DNA from: Oligosphaera ethanolica
Lineage (GTDB): Bacteria; Verrucomicrobiota; Lentisphaeria; Oligosphaerales; Oligosphaeraceae
NCBI RefSeq assembly: GCF_030814695.1
Contig: NZ_JAUSVL010000001.1
Coordinates: forward strand, 1,398,227-1,462,226
DNA length: 64,000 nucleotides
Reading direction: 5' to 3'
Of this stretch, positions 48,248 to 58,766 are shown in pieces (positions within the stretch are counted from its first letter, which is position 1; the number at the start of each line of letters is the position of its first letter). A model generated the notes under the pieces. It made no database searches and was not told the DNA's origin. It saw nothing but the letters and a program-made list of their open reading frames with translations. The position numbers and the translations under genes are program-made.

Positions 48248-48868
48248 TTATATGCCCGTTTTCTTCCACCAGCGGTAGTTACCGGGCGAAACCAGCGTCG
48301 CCCATTTGTTCCAGGAAGCATGGCCGTCAATGTGGCCGACATTGCAGCCGTCATTGTGGTGTTTGGGGACAAAACTCGTAGTGACTACGGGGCCGATATA
48401 CGGGCCGGGACTGCTCTGCCGGCAATCGCCCATCATGATCATCTCGCTGGGATGGGGAATACTCAGACGTTTCACCGGACCGCCGCGGGGATCAGCAGGA
48501 TGCTTAAAGCCCAAGGCGCCATTGGCGGCATAATCGGCTGACCCATTGTAGGAATGGTAATTCCAGCCGTACTCGTTGGCCATGGTCGATACGTAGGACG
48601 GGCAATTGAAGATCTTGATGTCACCCACGTAGGCATTGAGCAGCGTCGACCACTCAATCGTGTCGTTCATCCAGGCGCAGGGCAGAAAGTCCTTGTAGTC
48701 GTCCGAATACATATTCGCACCCAACGTAATCTGCTTCACATTCGACGTGCAGGAAATGCTCCTGGCTTTCTCCCGCGCTTTGCTCAACGCCGGCAGCAGC
48801 ATTGCGGCCAAAATGGCAATGATCGCAATAACCACCAACAACTCAATAAGAGTGAATAATTTGCGCAT
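48248..48868 (-). CDS. DUF1559 / H-X9-DG prepilin-like protein.
   Basis: The N-terminus is conserved, and the H-X9-DG motif reads [14 protein letters not shown]. Confidence 0.85.
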   Translation of the reverse strand: MRKLFTLIELLVVIAIIAILAAMLLPALSKAREKARSISCTSNVKQITLGANMYSDDYKDFLPCAWMNDTIEWSTLLNAYVGDIKIFNCPSYVSTMANEYGWNYHSYNGSADYAANGALGFKHPADPRGGPVKRLSIPHPSEMIMMGDCRQSSPGPYIGPVVTTSFVPKHHNDGCNVGHIDGHASWNKWATLVSPGNYRWWKKTGI

Positions 48869-49187
48869 AGCTGGCGTCCCTTCTGTAGTCTGGATGGAAG
48901 AAAAATCCCTCCAAGTCGTAAATGCCTCTTGCCATTGTCTGCTAGTGATTATAACAATAATGCATTAACAACGCAAGAGAAGTGCAGACGATTTATAGCT
49001 ACAGCGCAAAGTTTTTCACACTATTCTCTTTATCAGCAACTTGCAACTTTCCTTGCAGTTATTTCCGGGCAGTTATTGCCCCCACAACGGCAAAAAAATA
49101 CCGCCGCCAACAGCATGATGCGGTTGGCGGCGGTGTGTAATGTCTACGCTTACTGGCGGAGGCTATGCCTGTCACCAGAACGGCGAG

Positions 49188-49859
<672 letters not shown>

Positions 49860-50146
49860 CCATCCCTTCTTTTGCTTCTACATAACAACCATCGCCTCGG
49901 CAAAAAAATCTGCGCCTGGGCGACCGTAAAGACACGTACCTAGGCATTCTAGCAAAATTATCATGTCGGCGCAAGGCTTTTATTGCCACTTCGGCAAAAT
50001 CAAGACATAGTGGCCAGTCATAGATCCCGGATCTGCAAGCTGGGCGGCCAGCCGGCGCGAGTAGCGACGGCTAAGGCGGCCTCATCCTGAACCTAACAAC
50101 ACCGCTGCGAACAGCGCTTTGTCTCCTGTGCGTGTAGTGGGCAGAC

Positions 50147-50797
50147 TTACTTGCCGGTCTTTTTCCACATACGCTGATTGCCAGGAGAAGTCAGGGTGAG
50201 GCGCTTGTACCAGGTCGCACGGCCGTCGACATGACCAATAGTGCAGCCGTCATTGTGGTGGTTGGGAACCCACCCCAAGTTGCTGGGCGGGCCGAGGTAG
50301 GGCCCTGCATTGGTCTGACGGCTATCGCCCATCATGATCATCTCGCTGGGATGGGGTATGCTCGCACGGGTCACCGGGCCGCCACGGGGATCGCTGGGAT
50401 GCTTGAAACCCAAACCGCCCTTATTGTCGTAATCCGTGGTTGAAGCGTCATAGCTGTGATAATTCCAGCCGTATTCATTCAGCCAGTCGCCATCAACTTT
50501 CAAGTCGGCATGCGTGCCCACATAGGACGGGCAGTCAAAAACCTTCTTGTCACCAACGTAGGCGTAAAGAACCTTCGCCCAAATCTCGGTGTTGTTCATC
50601 CAAGCACAGGGCAGGAAGTCCGCATAGTCATCCGAATACATGTTGGCGCCCAGCGCAATCTGCTTCACGTTCGACGTGCAGGAAATGCTCCGCGCTTTCT
50701 CACGCGCCTTGCTCAACGCCGGCAGCAGCATCGCCGCCAAAATGGCGATGATCGCAATGACAACCAAAAGCTCGATCAGTGTAAAACGCCTTTGCAT
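50147..50797 (-). CDS. DUF1559 / H-X9-DG prepilin-like protein.
   Basis: The N-terminus is conserved, and the H-X9-DG motif reads [14 protein letters not shown]. Confidence 0.85.
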   Translation of the reverse strand: MQRRFTLIELLVVIAIIAILAAMLLPALSKAREKARSISCTSNVKQIALGANMYSDDYADFLPCAWMNNTEIWAKVLYAYVGDKKVFDCPSYVGTHADLKVDGDWLNEYGWNYHSYDASTTDYDNKGGLGFKHPSDPRGGPVTRASIPHPSEMIMMGDSRQTNAGPYLGPPSNLGWVPNHHNDGCTIGHVDGRATWYKRLTLTSPGNQRMWKKTGK

Positions 50798-50951
50798 TAT
50801 GAACCTTTCTAATGTACCCGTGCGACTATATAAGAATTACTACTAGTAAGCACAGCCATTCTAAAATACCATTTTTCATGCAGGAAACAAGCACCACGCG
50901 CGCTTTTTGGCAAAAAAAGTACAGCGTTGTCGGGTTTGGAAAGAAAACAAT

Positions 50952-51046
50952 GATGGGACGTAGAGGACGTATGCGACGTATGGGCAGATAGTCATCTTGT
51001 TCTGTCCCCCACGTCCCCTACGTCCCATATGTCCCATACGTCTCCT
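50952..51046. repeat. Palindromic pair of 9-bp arrays: GGGACGTAT-type units on the left arm and their reverse complement on the right arm, around a centre at about 50996.
   Basis: Read from the sequence. It is intergenic, between the DUF1559 array and the NMO gene. Confidence 0.8.
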
Positions 51047-51168
51047 CCGTGCCACCCCTATCCGTCTGCAACCGCGTCCTAGCAGCGCCCCAAAAAAGCG
51101 GCCCGGCCGCGGCGCTGTCTTAGCGTCTCGGCTGGGCCGTGTACCTGAATGTCGTTTTTCTTATATTC

Positions 51169-52197
51169 TTACGGGCAGAGCACGTCGCGCACGCGCTGCA
51201 GTTCCAGCTCGGTGCCGTTGACCAGGTCCATGATGATATCGTGTACGCTTTCGCTCTTATCGACCAGGCCGACGGACTGCCCGGCCATAAGCGAACCGCG
51301 TTGGACATCGCCGTCAATGACGGCCTTGCGCAGTGCGCCCATCCAGAAAGTCTCCACCTGCAGTTGTGCGGCTTCGCGGGTGACTTCGCCGCGTTCGAGC
51401 TTGCCGAGGAGGTCCAGCTGCAGATGTCCGAACTCGTCGGTGCCCTTGTTTTTGAGAGCGCGGACTGAGACGACGGGCAGCCGGCTGTCGAACTGCGGGG
51501 TGGCGGCAGCATCGCGGGCATTGGCGCGGATGATGGCGTCCTTGAAATTATCGTGGGCAATGCTTTCGTGGGCCACGGCGAAGCGCGTTGCCAGCTGCAC
51601 ACCAGCGGCGCCCATCATGAAGAGGTGCGCGCACATGCGGCCCTGGGTAATACCGCCGGCGACGAATACCGGCACGTCGTCCGTGGTGAAAAGCACCTGC
51701 TGCAACAGCACAGTGAGGGTAATCTGGCCGATGTGGCCGCCGGCCTCCGTGCCTTCGAGGATGATGGCGTCGGCGCCCCAGCGAATCATACGGGCAGCAA
51801 TGGAGTGCGTGGAAGCGAAGCACATGACTTTCGCACCCGTGTCTTTCATCATCGTGATATCATGATCTTTGGGAAAGCCGCCGGCGAAAATCACGTAGGG
51901 GACCGGCTTGCGCTTCAGGAGTTCGAGGTGCTCGCGGTAGGCCGGCGCCAGCGTGACCAGGTTCACCGCGAAGGGCTTGTCTGTCAACGTGCGCATCTGG
52001 TCAATCTGCTGTTCGAGGATGGCTACCGGCGAATTGCCGCCGGCCAGACAGCCAAAACCGCCCTCGTTGCACACGGCCGACACCAGGCGGGGCTCGCTCA
52101 CCCAGGTCATCGCGCCACACATGAAGGGATACTTGCAGCCGAGGAAATCCCGGCCGCGGGCAAAATAACGGTCACTCAAGGTCGTTGTCATACGCAT
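51169..52197 (-). CDS. Nitronate monooxygenase / FabK-like FMN-dependent oxidoreductase (NMO family).
   Basis: It has YPFMCGAMTWVS and GADAIILEGTEAGGH motifs, i.e. the TIM-barrel FMN-binding signature. Confidence 0.7.
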   Translation of the reverse strand: MRMTTTLSDRYFARGRDFLGCKYPFMCGAMTWVSEPRLVSAVCNEGGFGCLAGGNSPVAILEQQIDQMRTLTDKPFAVNLVTLAPAYREHLELLKRKPVPYVIFAGGFPKDHDITMMKDTGAKVMCFASTHSIAARMIRWGADAIILEGTEAGGHIGQITLTVLLQQVLFTTDDVPVFVAGGITQGRMCAHLFMMGAAGVQLATRFAVAHESIAHDNFKDAIIRANARDAAATPQFDSRLPVVSVRALKNKGTDEFGHLQLDLLGKLERGEVTREAAQLQVETFWMGALRKAVIDGDVQRGSLMAGQSVGLVDKSESVHDIIMDLVNGTELELQRVRDVLCP

Positions 52198-52316
52198 AGT
52201 CTTTCATTCGTCACGTGGTTGCTTGCACGCGGAGGATGCTGAGCGACGGCATTGCATGGTGCCCCTGCTTCTTCCGCAACGGAAACGGGCTTCGTTTCTC
52301 AATAATACATCCGGAC

Positions 52317-53285
52317 TTAGCTCATCACTCCTTTTTCGTACTCAATGACATCACGCAGAATGGCATCCAGCGACCGGGCCGGCCGGTAGCCGATCAATGC
52401 CCCCGCGCGCTCCAACGAAGGCACTCGACGCTGCATGTCGTCAAAACCTTCACCATAGGCCTCGGCATACGGAATGTATCGAATCTCCGATGCACTGGCC
52501 GTCAGCTCTTTGACGCGCTTCGCCAATCCCTCGATGCTGATCTCTTCGTTGTTGCCGATATTAACGACGTGCCCCCGCGCCGCCGGGCTGTCCTGCAAAC
52601 GGACCAGCGCCCCGACGACGTCCTCAACATGGGCGAAGCAACGGCTCTGCTGGCCGTCGCCAAAAACGGTAATCGGCTCGCCACGGAGGGCTTGCCGCAC
52701 AAATGCGGGCACGACCATGCCGTACTGGCCGGTCTGACGAGGCCCGACGGTATTGAATAGGCGCGCGATCACCACCGGCAGCCGCGCTTCGACCCAGTAG
52801 GCCAGGGCCAGAAATTCGTCCAGCCCCTTGGCGCAGGCGTAGCTCCAGCGGCGTTTACTGGTCGGCCCCATCACGGTGTCGTCGTCTTCGCAAAAAGGCA
52901 CCTTGCTGCCTTTGCCGTAGACTTCGGACGTCGAGGTCAGCAAGAAGGGGCGCCGATAACGCGAACAGGACTTCAGGACGTTCTCGGTGCCGCCGACGAT
53001 GCTCTCGATGGTCCGCACCGGTTGGTCAATGATCAGCCGCACGCCCACTGCCGATGCGAGATGGTACACACAATCCACCTCGCGCACGCACTGGTCAACC
53101 AGCGCGGCGTTATTGACGCTGTCCACGATCAATCGCAGGCGCCGGCCGTCTTCCAGCCCTTCGAGGTTCTCGTAGCGCCCCGTGGAGAGATCGTCCAGCA
53201 CCAGCACGTCATGGCCCTGAGATAGCAAAAGGCGGCATAAATGGGAGCCGATAAAGCCGGAACCGCCGGTAACCAAGATGTTCAT
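52317..53285 (-). CDS. NAD-dependent epimerase/dehydratase (UDP-glucuronate decarboxylase-like).
   Basis: It begins MNILVTGGSGFIGSHL and has a YACAK catalytic pair. An AGGAG RBS precedes the ATG at 53285. Confidence 0.75.
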   Translation of the reverse strand: MNILVTGGSGFIGSHLCRLLLSQGHDVLVLDDLSTGRYENLEGLEDGRRLRLIVDSVNNAALVDQCVREVDCVYHLASAVGVRLIIDQPVRTIESIVGGTENVLKSCSRYRRPFLLTSTSEVYGKGSKVPFCEDDDTVMGPTSKRRWSYACAKGLDEFLALAYWVEARLPVVIARLFNTVGPRQTGQYGMVVPAFVRQALRGEPITVFGDGQQSRCFAHVEDVVGALVRLQDSPAARGHVVNIGNNEEISIEGLAKRVKELTASASEIRYIPYAEAYGEGFDDMQRRVPSLERAGALIGYRPARSLDAILRDVIEYEKGVMS

Positions 53286-53452
53286 GCGCGTTCTCCTGAT
53301 GGGCCCCGCAAAAAGGCCGTTGTCGTTGTCAGCGCCGGTAATATACTTCCTCAAATCAGCTTTTTTCCTGCCCTTTCCGTGGTATGTTATGGGTTTCCCG
53401 TATTAACCACCGTTGAAAGACCTTTCACCCCAGGACGCCTTTTGAGGAAATC

Positions 53453-54796
53453 ATGAGCAACATTGCTGACAACGACACCATGACCAAACTCGTCGCCCTC
53501 TGCAAACGGCGCGGCATCATCTTTCAGAGCTCCGAAATGTACGGCGGCATCAACGGCTTCTGGGACTACGGCCCCAGCGGCGTGCCGCTGCGACGCGCCG
53601 TCGAGCAGCTGTGGTGGCGCTATATGGTCGAAGAACGCGACAATGTCGAAGGCCTCGACTCCACCATCATCTGCCATCCCGAAGTGTGGCGCGCATCCGG
53701 CCACCTGGCGCAGTTCTCCGACTCCATGACCGACTGCCTCGAATGCAAAAAACGCTACCGCGTCGACCAGCTGGAAAATCCCGGCGTCTGCCCAAACTGC
53801 GGGTCGACCAAGATGACCGAACCGCGTGAATTCAACCTGATGATGAAGACCTTCGTCGGCCCCGTCTTTGATGAAGAACATGCCGCTTGGCTGCGCGCCG
53901 AGACCTGCCAGCCCATCTTCGTCGATTTCAATACCGTGCGCATCGCCACCCGCCAAAAGCTGCCCTTCGGCATCGCCCAGACCGGCAAGGCCTTCCGCAA
54001 CGAGATCAACCCGCGCTTCTTCACCTTCCGCAGCCGCGAGTTCATGCAGATGGAAATGGAATTCTTCTGCCGCGACGAAGACTCCATGCAGTGGTTCGAC
54101 TACTGGCACAAAGAACGCTGGAACTTCTACACGAAGGTCCTCGGCATTCCCGAAAACAAGTTGCGCATCCACTGGCATGACAAGCTGGCGCATTACGCCA
54201 AGGCCGCCCTCGACATCGAATTCGAATTCCCCTTCGGCTGGGGCGAGATCGAAGGCGTGCATCACCGCGGCACCTGGGACATGTCCCGCCACTGCGAATT
54301 CTCCAAGCAGGAAAAAGACTGCAAGTACTACGACCAGGATACGAAGGACAGCTTCTTCCCCACCGTCGTCGAGACGTCCTGCGGCCTCGACCGCATCTGC
54401 CTGATGCTGCTCTGCAATGGCTATGACGAAGACAAGGCTGACACCCAGAAGGAAGGCATGGACGAGGACGTCCGCGTCGTCCTCCGGCTCCCGGCCAAAG
54501 TCGCGCCCGTGCAGATCGCCGTGCTGCCCCTGAGCAAGAAGCTCGACGAAAGCGCCTCGGCGCTCTTCCGCAACCTGCGCAAGCAATACCGCGCCAATTA
54601 CGACGACAGCGGCAGCATCGGCAAACGCTACCGCCGTCAGGATGAAATCGGCACGCCCTTCTGCGTCACGGTCGATTTCGACACCGCCAATGACCAAGCC
54701 GTCACGGTCCGCGACCGCGATACCATGACCCAGGAGCGCATCGCCATCGCCGCCCTGCCCGCATACCTGCAAAGCAAAATCTACCCCGACGCCTGA
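53453..54796 (+). CDS. glyQS: Glycine--tRNA ligase (dimeric class II GlyRS).
   Basis: It has class II motifs, FRNEI, and the typical GlyRS N-terminal sequence MTKLVALCKRRGIIFQSSEMYGGINGFWDYGP. Confidence 0.85.
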   Translation: MSNIADNDTMTKLVALCKRRGIIFQSSEMYGGINGFWDYGPSGVPLRRAVEQLWWRYMVEERDNVEGLDSTIICHPEVWRASGHLAQFSDSMTDCLECKKRYRVDQLENPGVCPNCGSTKMTEPREFNLMMKTFVGPVFDEEHAAWLRAETCQPIFVDFNTVRIATRQKLPFGIAQTGKAFRNEINPRFFTFRSREFMQMEMEFFCRDEDSMQWFDYWHKERWNFYTKVLGIPENKLRIHWHDKLAHYAKAALDIEFEFPFGWGEIEGVHHRGTWDMSRHCEFSKQEKDCKYYDQDTKDSFFPTVVETSCGLDRICLMLLCNGYDEDKADTQKEGMDEDVRVVLRLPAKVAPVQIAVLPLSKKLDESASALFRNLRKQYRANYDDSGSIGKRYRRQDEIGTPFCVTVDFDTANDQAVTVRDRDTMTQERIAIAALPAYLQSKIYPDA

Positions 54797-54861
54797 GCGC
54801 GCCAGCCTCCCGGCCGCGCCGCCCCACGGCGTGGCCGGCCCTCCAACCACGGGTGCCCATC

Positions 54862-56154
54862 ATGCAACGAAGCAAAGCCTGCCTGACCATCCTCTCGCTC
54901 GTTCTGGCCATCAACGCCTGCATCGGTTACCGGGTCTTCAGCAACGAGGCGGAAAAAACCGGCGCGGACGAGGTCTTCCAGCATATCGACACCCTTATGG
55001 AGGTCATGCAGATCATCCGTAAAAACTATGTCGATATCGACAAAGTGGACTACCAGGAGCTCATCCGCGGCGCCATGGAAGGCATGACCAGCAAGCTCGA
55101 TCCCTACAGCGCTTTCCTGCCACCGACCGACTTTCAGTCGCTCATGGAGGACACCGAGGGCGAATTCGGCGGCATCGGCGTGACCATCAGCGTCAAAGAC
55201 AGCGTGCTCACCGTAGTCTCGCCCATCGCCGGCACGCCTGGCGCCAAGGCCGGCATCATCAACGGCGACCAGATCATCAAGATCGACCAGGAGCCCCTGG
55301 AAGACGTCGCCGTTGACAAAGCCGTGGCCCGCCTGCGCGGCAAGCCCGGCACCACCGTGGCCATCACCATCTACCGCCCAGCCACCGACGAAACCATCGA
55401 CCTGACCCTCGAACGGGCGCTCATTCCCCTTGTCAGCGTCGCCGACGCCACCGTCCTCAACGGCACCCGCATCGGCCATGTCCGCATCACGCAATTCATG
55501 GAACCCACCGCCGGACAGCTCCAGGCGGTCCTCGAAGATTTCGTCAAGAAGGACGTCGCCGGGCTTATCATCGACCTGCGCAACAACCCCGGTGGCCTGC
55601 TGGACTCCGCTGTGGACATCTGCAGCTTCTTCCTGCCGCCGGGGCAGCTCGTGGTCTCTGTCGAAGGCCGCGAAAACAAGAAGATTGAGCGCAGCCACGA
55701 AGACGGTTTCAAGTTCCCCGCCGACAAGCCCGTGCTGCTGCTTATCAACGGCGGCAGCGCCAGCGCGGCGGAAATCACCGCCGGCTGCCTGAGCGACACC
55801 GGCCGGGCCATCCTGCTCGGCGAAAAGACCTTCGGCAAGGGCTCCGTCCAAAATGTCGTTCAGCTCCAGGACGGCAGCGCCCTCAAACTCACCATCGCCA
55901 AATACTACACGCCCAGCCGCCGCGTCATCCATGAACACGGCATCGAACCTGATATCGAAGACAAGCTCAGCCCACAGGACATCATTGCCATCATCAAAAA
56001 TGAAGGCGACATGGACAAGCTGCTGGCGATCGACAAGCAGCTGAAACGCGCAGTCGAGGTTCTCAACAGCTACCTGGCCTTCGATAGCGGCAAGGGCACC
56101 AACTTCAAGAACCTGCGCAGCCAAGCCGTGCCAGCAAAAGCAGCCACGCCTTGA
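54862..56154 (+). CDS. Carboxyl-terminal processing protease (S41 family, CtpA/Prc-like).
   Basis: It has a PDZ domain and S41 motifs (GGSASAAEI; catalytic Ser-Lys dyad region). The ATG at 54862 is preferred over the GTG at 54853. Confidence 0.8.
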   Translation: MQRSKACLTILSLVLAINACIGYRVFSNEAEKTGADEVFQHIDTLMEVMQIIRKNYVDIDKVDYQELIRGAMEGMTSKLDPYSAFLPPTDFQSLMEDTEGEFGGIGVTISVKDSVLTVVSPIAGTPGAKAGIINGDQIIKIDQEPLEDVAVDKAVARLRGKPGTTVAITIYRPATDETIDLTLERALIPLVSVADATVLNGTRIGHVRITQFMEPTAGQLQAVLEDFVKKDVAGLIIDLRNNPGGLLDSAVDICSFFLPPGQLVVSVEGRENKKIERSHEDGFKFPADKPVLLLINGGSASAAEITAGCLSDTGRAILLGEKTFGKGSVQNVVQLQDGSALKLTIAKYYTPSRRVIHEHGIEPDIEDKLSPQDIIAIIKNEGDMDKLLAIDKQLKRAVEVLNSYLAFDSGKGTNFKNLRSQAVPAKAATP

Positions 56155-56188
56155 CCCGCTGCGCCGACCGCAGAGAGAACCCACCGCC

Positions 56189-56797
56189 ATGACCGAGATT
56201 CATTCGTTCACCGTCGGACTCTTGTCCGTCAACTGCTATCTGCTCTATCATCCGGAAAGCCGCGAGTGCTTGATCGTTGATCCCGGCGATCACGGGGACA
56301 GCATCCAGGCCGAGGTCCGCAATCTGTCATTGCAGCCCCGCGGCATCCTGCTCACCCACGGCCACGTGGACCACATTTCGGCGGTGCCCGCCATCGCCAA
56401 GGCCTACGGCATCCCGGTGTGGATTCATGAGGCCGACCGCGGGCTCTACAGCAGCCCCGCCAATGCCATTCTGCCATGGATTCCCGCCGCCAAAGACCTG
56501 CCCGAGCCCTGCGACACAGCGCCGCAGATCGCCGGCAGCAGCTACGAGATCATCCACACGCCCGGCCATACCCCCGGTTGCGTCTGCTTTTACTTCCCCG
56601 CCGAGCAGTTCCTGCTCAGCGGCGACACGCTCTTCCGCGGTACCGTCGGCCGTACGGATTTCCCCGGTGGCAACGCCGCGCACCTCATGGCGTCCATCAA
56701 GAATAAGTTGCTCGCCCTGCCGGACCGGACCACCGTCTACCCCGGCCACGAAGCGCCAACGACCATCGCCCGCGAACGACCCAATTTCATCAACTGA
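56189..56797 (+). CDS. MBL-fold metallo-hydrolase (glyoxalase II-like).
   Basis: It carries the THGHVDH motif. Confidence 0.8.
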   Translation: MTEIHSFTVGLLSVNCYLLYHPESRECLIVDPGDHGDSIQAEVRNLSLQPRGILLTHGHVDHISAVPAIAKAYGIPVWIHEADRGLYSSPANAILPWIPAAKDLPEPCDTAPQIAGSSYEIIHTPGHTPGCVCFYFPAEQFLLSGDTLFRGTVGRTDFPGGNAAHLMASIKNKLLALPDRTTVYPGHEAPTTIARERPNFIN

Positions 56798-56914
56798 CGA
56801 CGCGCCACGGCGCCCCGACCAATACCCAATAACATTTTCTTTACAGCTGCCGGCCGGCGCCTCCCCGCGCTACGCCCGGCGGCATATTCGACCTGAGCAG
56901 CAGAAGGACCTAAC

Positions 56915-57886
56915 ATGGCTGGCAAACGCATTCTCTCCGGCGTACAATCATCCGGCACGCTCCACATCGGCAACTACTTCGGCATGATGCGCCCGTCGCT
57001 GTCCCTCCAGGAGGGCAATGACTGTTACTACTTCATCGCCAATTACCACGCGCTGACTCAGCTGCCCGATCCGGCACTGCTCCGCCAACGCACTTTCGAT
57101 GTCGCCGTGGACTTTCTGGCCTGCGGGCTCAACCCCGATACCACCGTGTTCTTCCGCCAGTCGGACGTGACCGAAGTGCAGGAGCTCACCTGGATTCTGT
57201 CCTGCCTGACCCCCGTCGGCCTCCTCGAACGTTGCCACAGCTACAAGGACAAACTCGCCCGCGGCATGGAAGCCAACCACGGCCTCTTCGCTTACCCCGT
57301 GCTCATGGCGGCGGACATCCTCCTCTATAACTCACAGCTCGTCCCCGTCGGCAAAGACCAAAAACAGCACCTCGAAGTCACCCGCGATATCGCCATCCGC
57401 TTCAATAACCGCTACGGCGATATCCTCACCGTCCCCGAAGCCATGATCCAGGAAGACGTCGCCGTTATCCCCGGCCTCGACGGCCAGAAAATGTCCAAGA
57501 GCTACGACAATACCATCGAGATCTTCGGCGAGGGCAAGCCCATCCGTCAGAAATTCATGAAGATCATCACTGACTCCACCCCCATGGAAGAGCCTAAAAA
57601 TCCCGATACCTGCAATGTCTTCGCCCTCTACAAACTCATGGCGACGCCCGAAGAACAGGCCGAACTCCGCCAACGCTACCTCGCCGGCAATATGGGCTAC
57701 GGTCACGCCAAACAGGCACTCTTCGATAAATACAGCGAGTTCTTCGCACCCATGCGCGAACGCCGGAAACAACTCCTCGAAAAACCACAGCTCGTCGAGG
57801 ACGTCCTCCAGGACGGCGCCGCCCGCGCCCGTAAGGTCGCGCAACAGACCCTCCAACGCGTCCGCCAAGCCGTCGGCCTGGCCTGA
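56915..57886 (+). CDS. trpS: Tryptophan--tRNA ligase.
   Basis: It has class I HIGH-like (TLHIGNY) and KMSKS motifs, and its length is typical of TrpRS. Confidence 0.85.
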   Translation: MAGKRILSGVQSSGTLHIGNYFGMMRPSLSLQEGNDCYYFIANYHALTQLPDPALLRQRTFDVAVDFLACGLNPDTTVFFRQSDVTEVQELTWILSCLTPVGLLERCHSYKDKLARGMEANHGLFAYPVLMAADILLYNSQLVPVGKDQKQHLEVTRDIAIRFNNRYGDILTVPEAMIQEDVAVIPGLDGQKMSKSYDNTIEIFGEGKPIRQKFMKIITDSTPMEEPKNPDTCNVFALYKLMATPEEQAELRQRYLAGNMGYGHAKQALFDKYSEFFAPMRERRKQLLEKPQLVEDVLQDGAARARKVAQQTLQRVRQAVGLA

Positions 57887-58015
57887 AGGAAGACACCCGC
57901 CACTCGTGTGCGCTGAATGCCCACGGCAAGCCGTGGGCCACGGAACGCCCGAGCCTTCGCGCCCTCACGTAAGGGGCCCCTGCCTTCTTCGCGCCTTCCC
58001 GTCTTCGCGTGAGGC

Positions 58016-58044
58016 AAAAAAAGCCCCACAGCAAGCCGTGGGGC
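58016..58044 (-). terminator. Intrinsic terminator-like hairpin plus U7 on the minus strand, in repeat copy 1.
   Basis: It is the GC-rich stem GCCCCAC/GTGGGGC followed, on the minus strand, by TTTTTTT. Confidence 0.5.
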
Positions 58045-58181
58045 CACGGTACCTTCGCGCCTTCCCACCGGCGGCGTGACTTGCCGCGCCAGCGGCAAGA
58101 CACGCCGCCAAAATCTGCGTTAATCTGCGGAATCTGCGGATAACAAAGTCTTCTTCGCGCCTTCGCGTCTTCGCGTGAGGC

Positions 58182-58210
58182 AAAAAAAGCCCCACAGCAA
58201 GCCGTGGGGC
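58182..58210 (-). terminator. Intrinsic terminator-like hairpin plus U7 on the minus strand, in repeat copy 2.
   Basis: It has the same motif as 58016-58044. Confidence 0.5.
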
Positions 58211-58456
58211 CACGGTACCTTCGCGCCTTCCCACCGGCGGCGTGACTTGCCGCGCCAGCGGCAAGACACGCCGCCAAAATCTGCGTTAATCTGCGGAATC
58301 TGCGGATAACAAAGTCTTCTCCGCGCCTTCGCGCCTTCGCGTGAGGCCCCCTGCGCCTTCGCGCCTTCGCACCGGCGGCGTGACTTGCCGCGCCAGCGGC
58401 AAGACGCGCCGCCATCTTCCCTGTCTTCTTCGCGCCTTCGCGCCTTCGCGTGAGGC

Positions 58457-58485
58457 AAAAAAAGCCCCGCAGCAAGCCGTGGGGC
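58457..58485 (-). terminator. Intrinsic terminator-like hairpin plus U7 on the minus strand, in repeat copy 4.
   Basis: It has the same motif, with one stem mismatch. Confidence 0.45.
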
Positions 58486-58622
58486 CACGGTACCTTCGCG
58501 CCTTCCCACCGGCGGCGTGACTTGCCGCGCCAGCGGCAAGACACGCCGCCAAAATCTGCGTTAATCTGCGGAATCTGCGGATAACAAAGTCTTCTTCGCG
58601 CCTTCGCGTCTTCGCGTGAGGC

Positions 58623-58651
58623 AAAAAAAGCCCCACAGCAAGCCGTGGGGC
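58623..58651 (-). terminator. Intrinsic terminator-like hairpin plus U7 on the minus strand, in repeat copy 5. It is the first one downstream of the glnS stop.
   Basis: It has the same motif and lies about 115 nt downstream of the glnS stop at 58767. Confidence 0.55.
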
Positions 58652-58766
58652 CACGGTACCTTCGCGCCTTCCCACCGGCGGCGTGACTTGCCGCGCCAGC
58701 GGCAAGACACGCCGCCAAAATCTGCGTTAATCTGCGGAATCTGCGGATAAAAAGACGCCTGGAAAG

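Larger units (their letters stand above)
57986..58750. repeat. Tandem repeat of a 167-bp unit, about 4.6 copies. Copy 3 is degenerate at about 110 bp.
   Basis: The units start at about 57986, 58150, 58317, 58427 and 58595. Each full unit contains the hairpin GCCCCACAGCAAGCCGTGGGGC next to A7, a long hairpin GGCGGCGTGACTTGCCGC-GCCA-GCGGCAAGACACGCCGCC, and ends AATCTGCGTTAATCTGCGGAATCTGCGGATAA. Confidence 0.85.

Noticed and set aside
57636-58718. Multiple minus- and plus-strand ORFs, for example 57636-58718 and the family 57965-58705, encoding KARRRR.../LAAGAASHAAG... repeats.
   Set aside because: They lie entirely within the 167-bp tandem DNA repeat. Their periodic amino-acid repeats simply mirror the DNA period.
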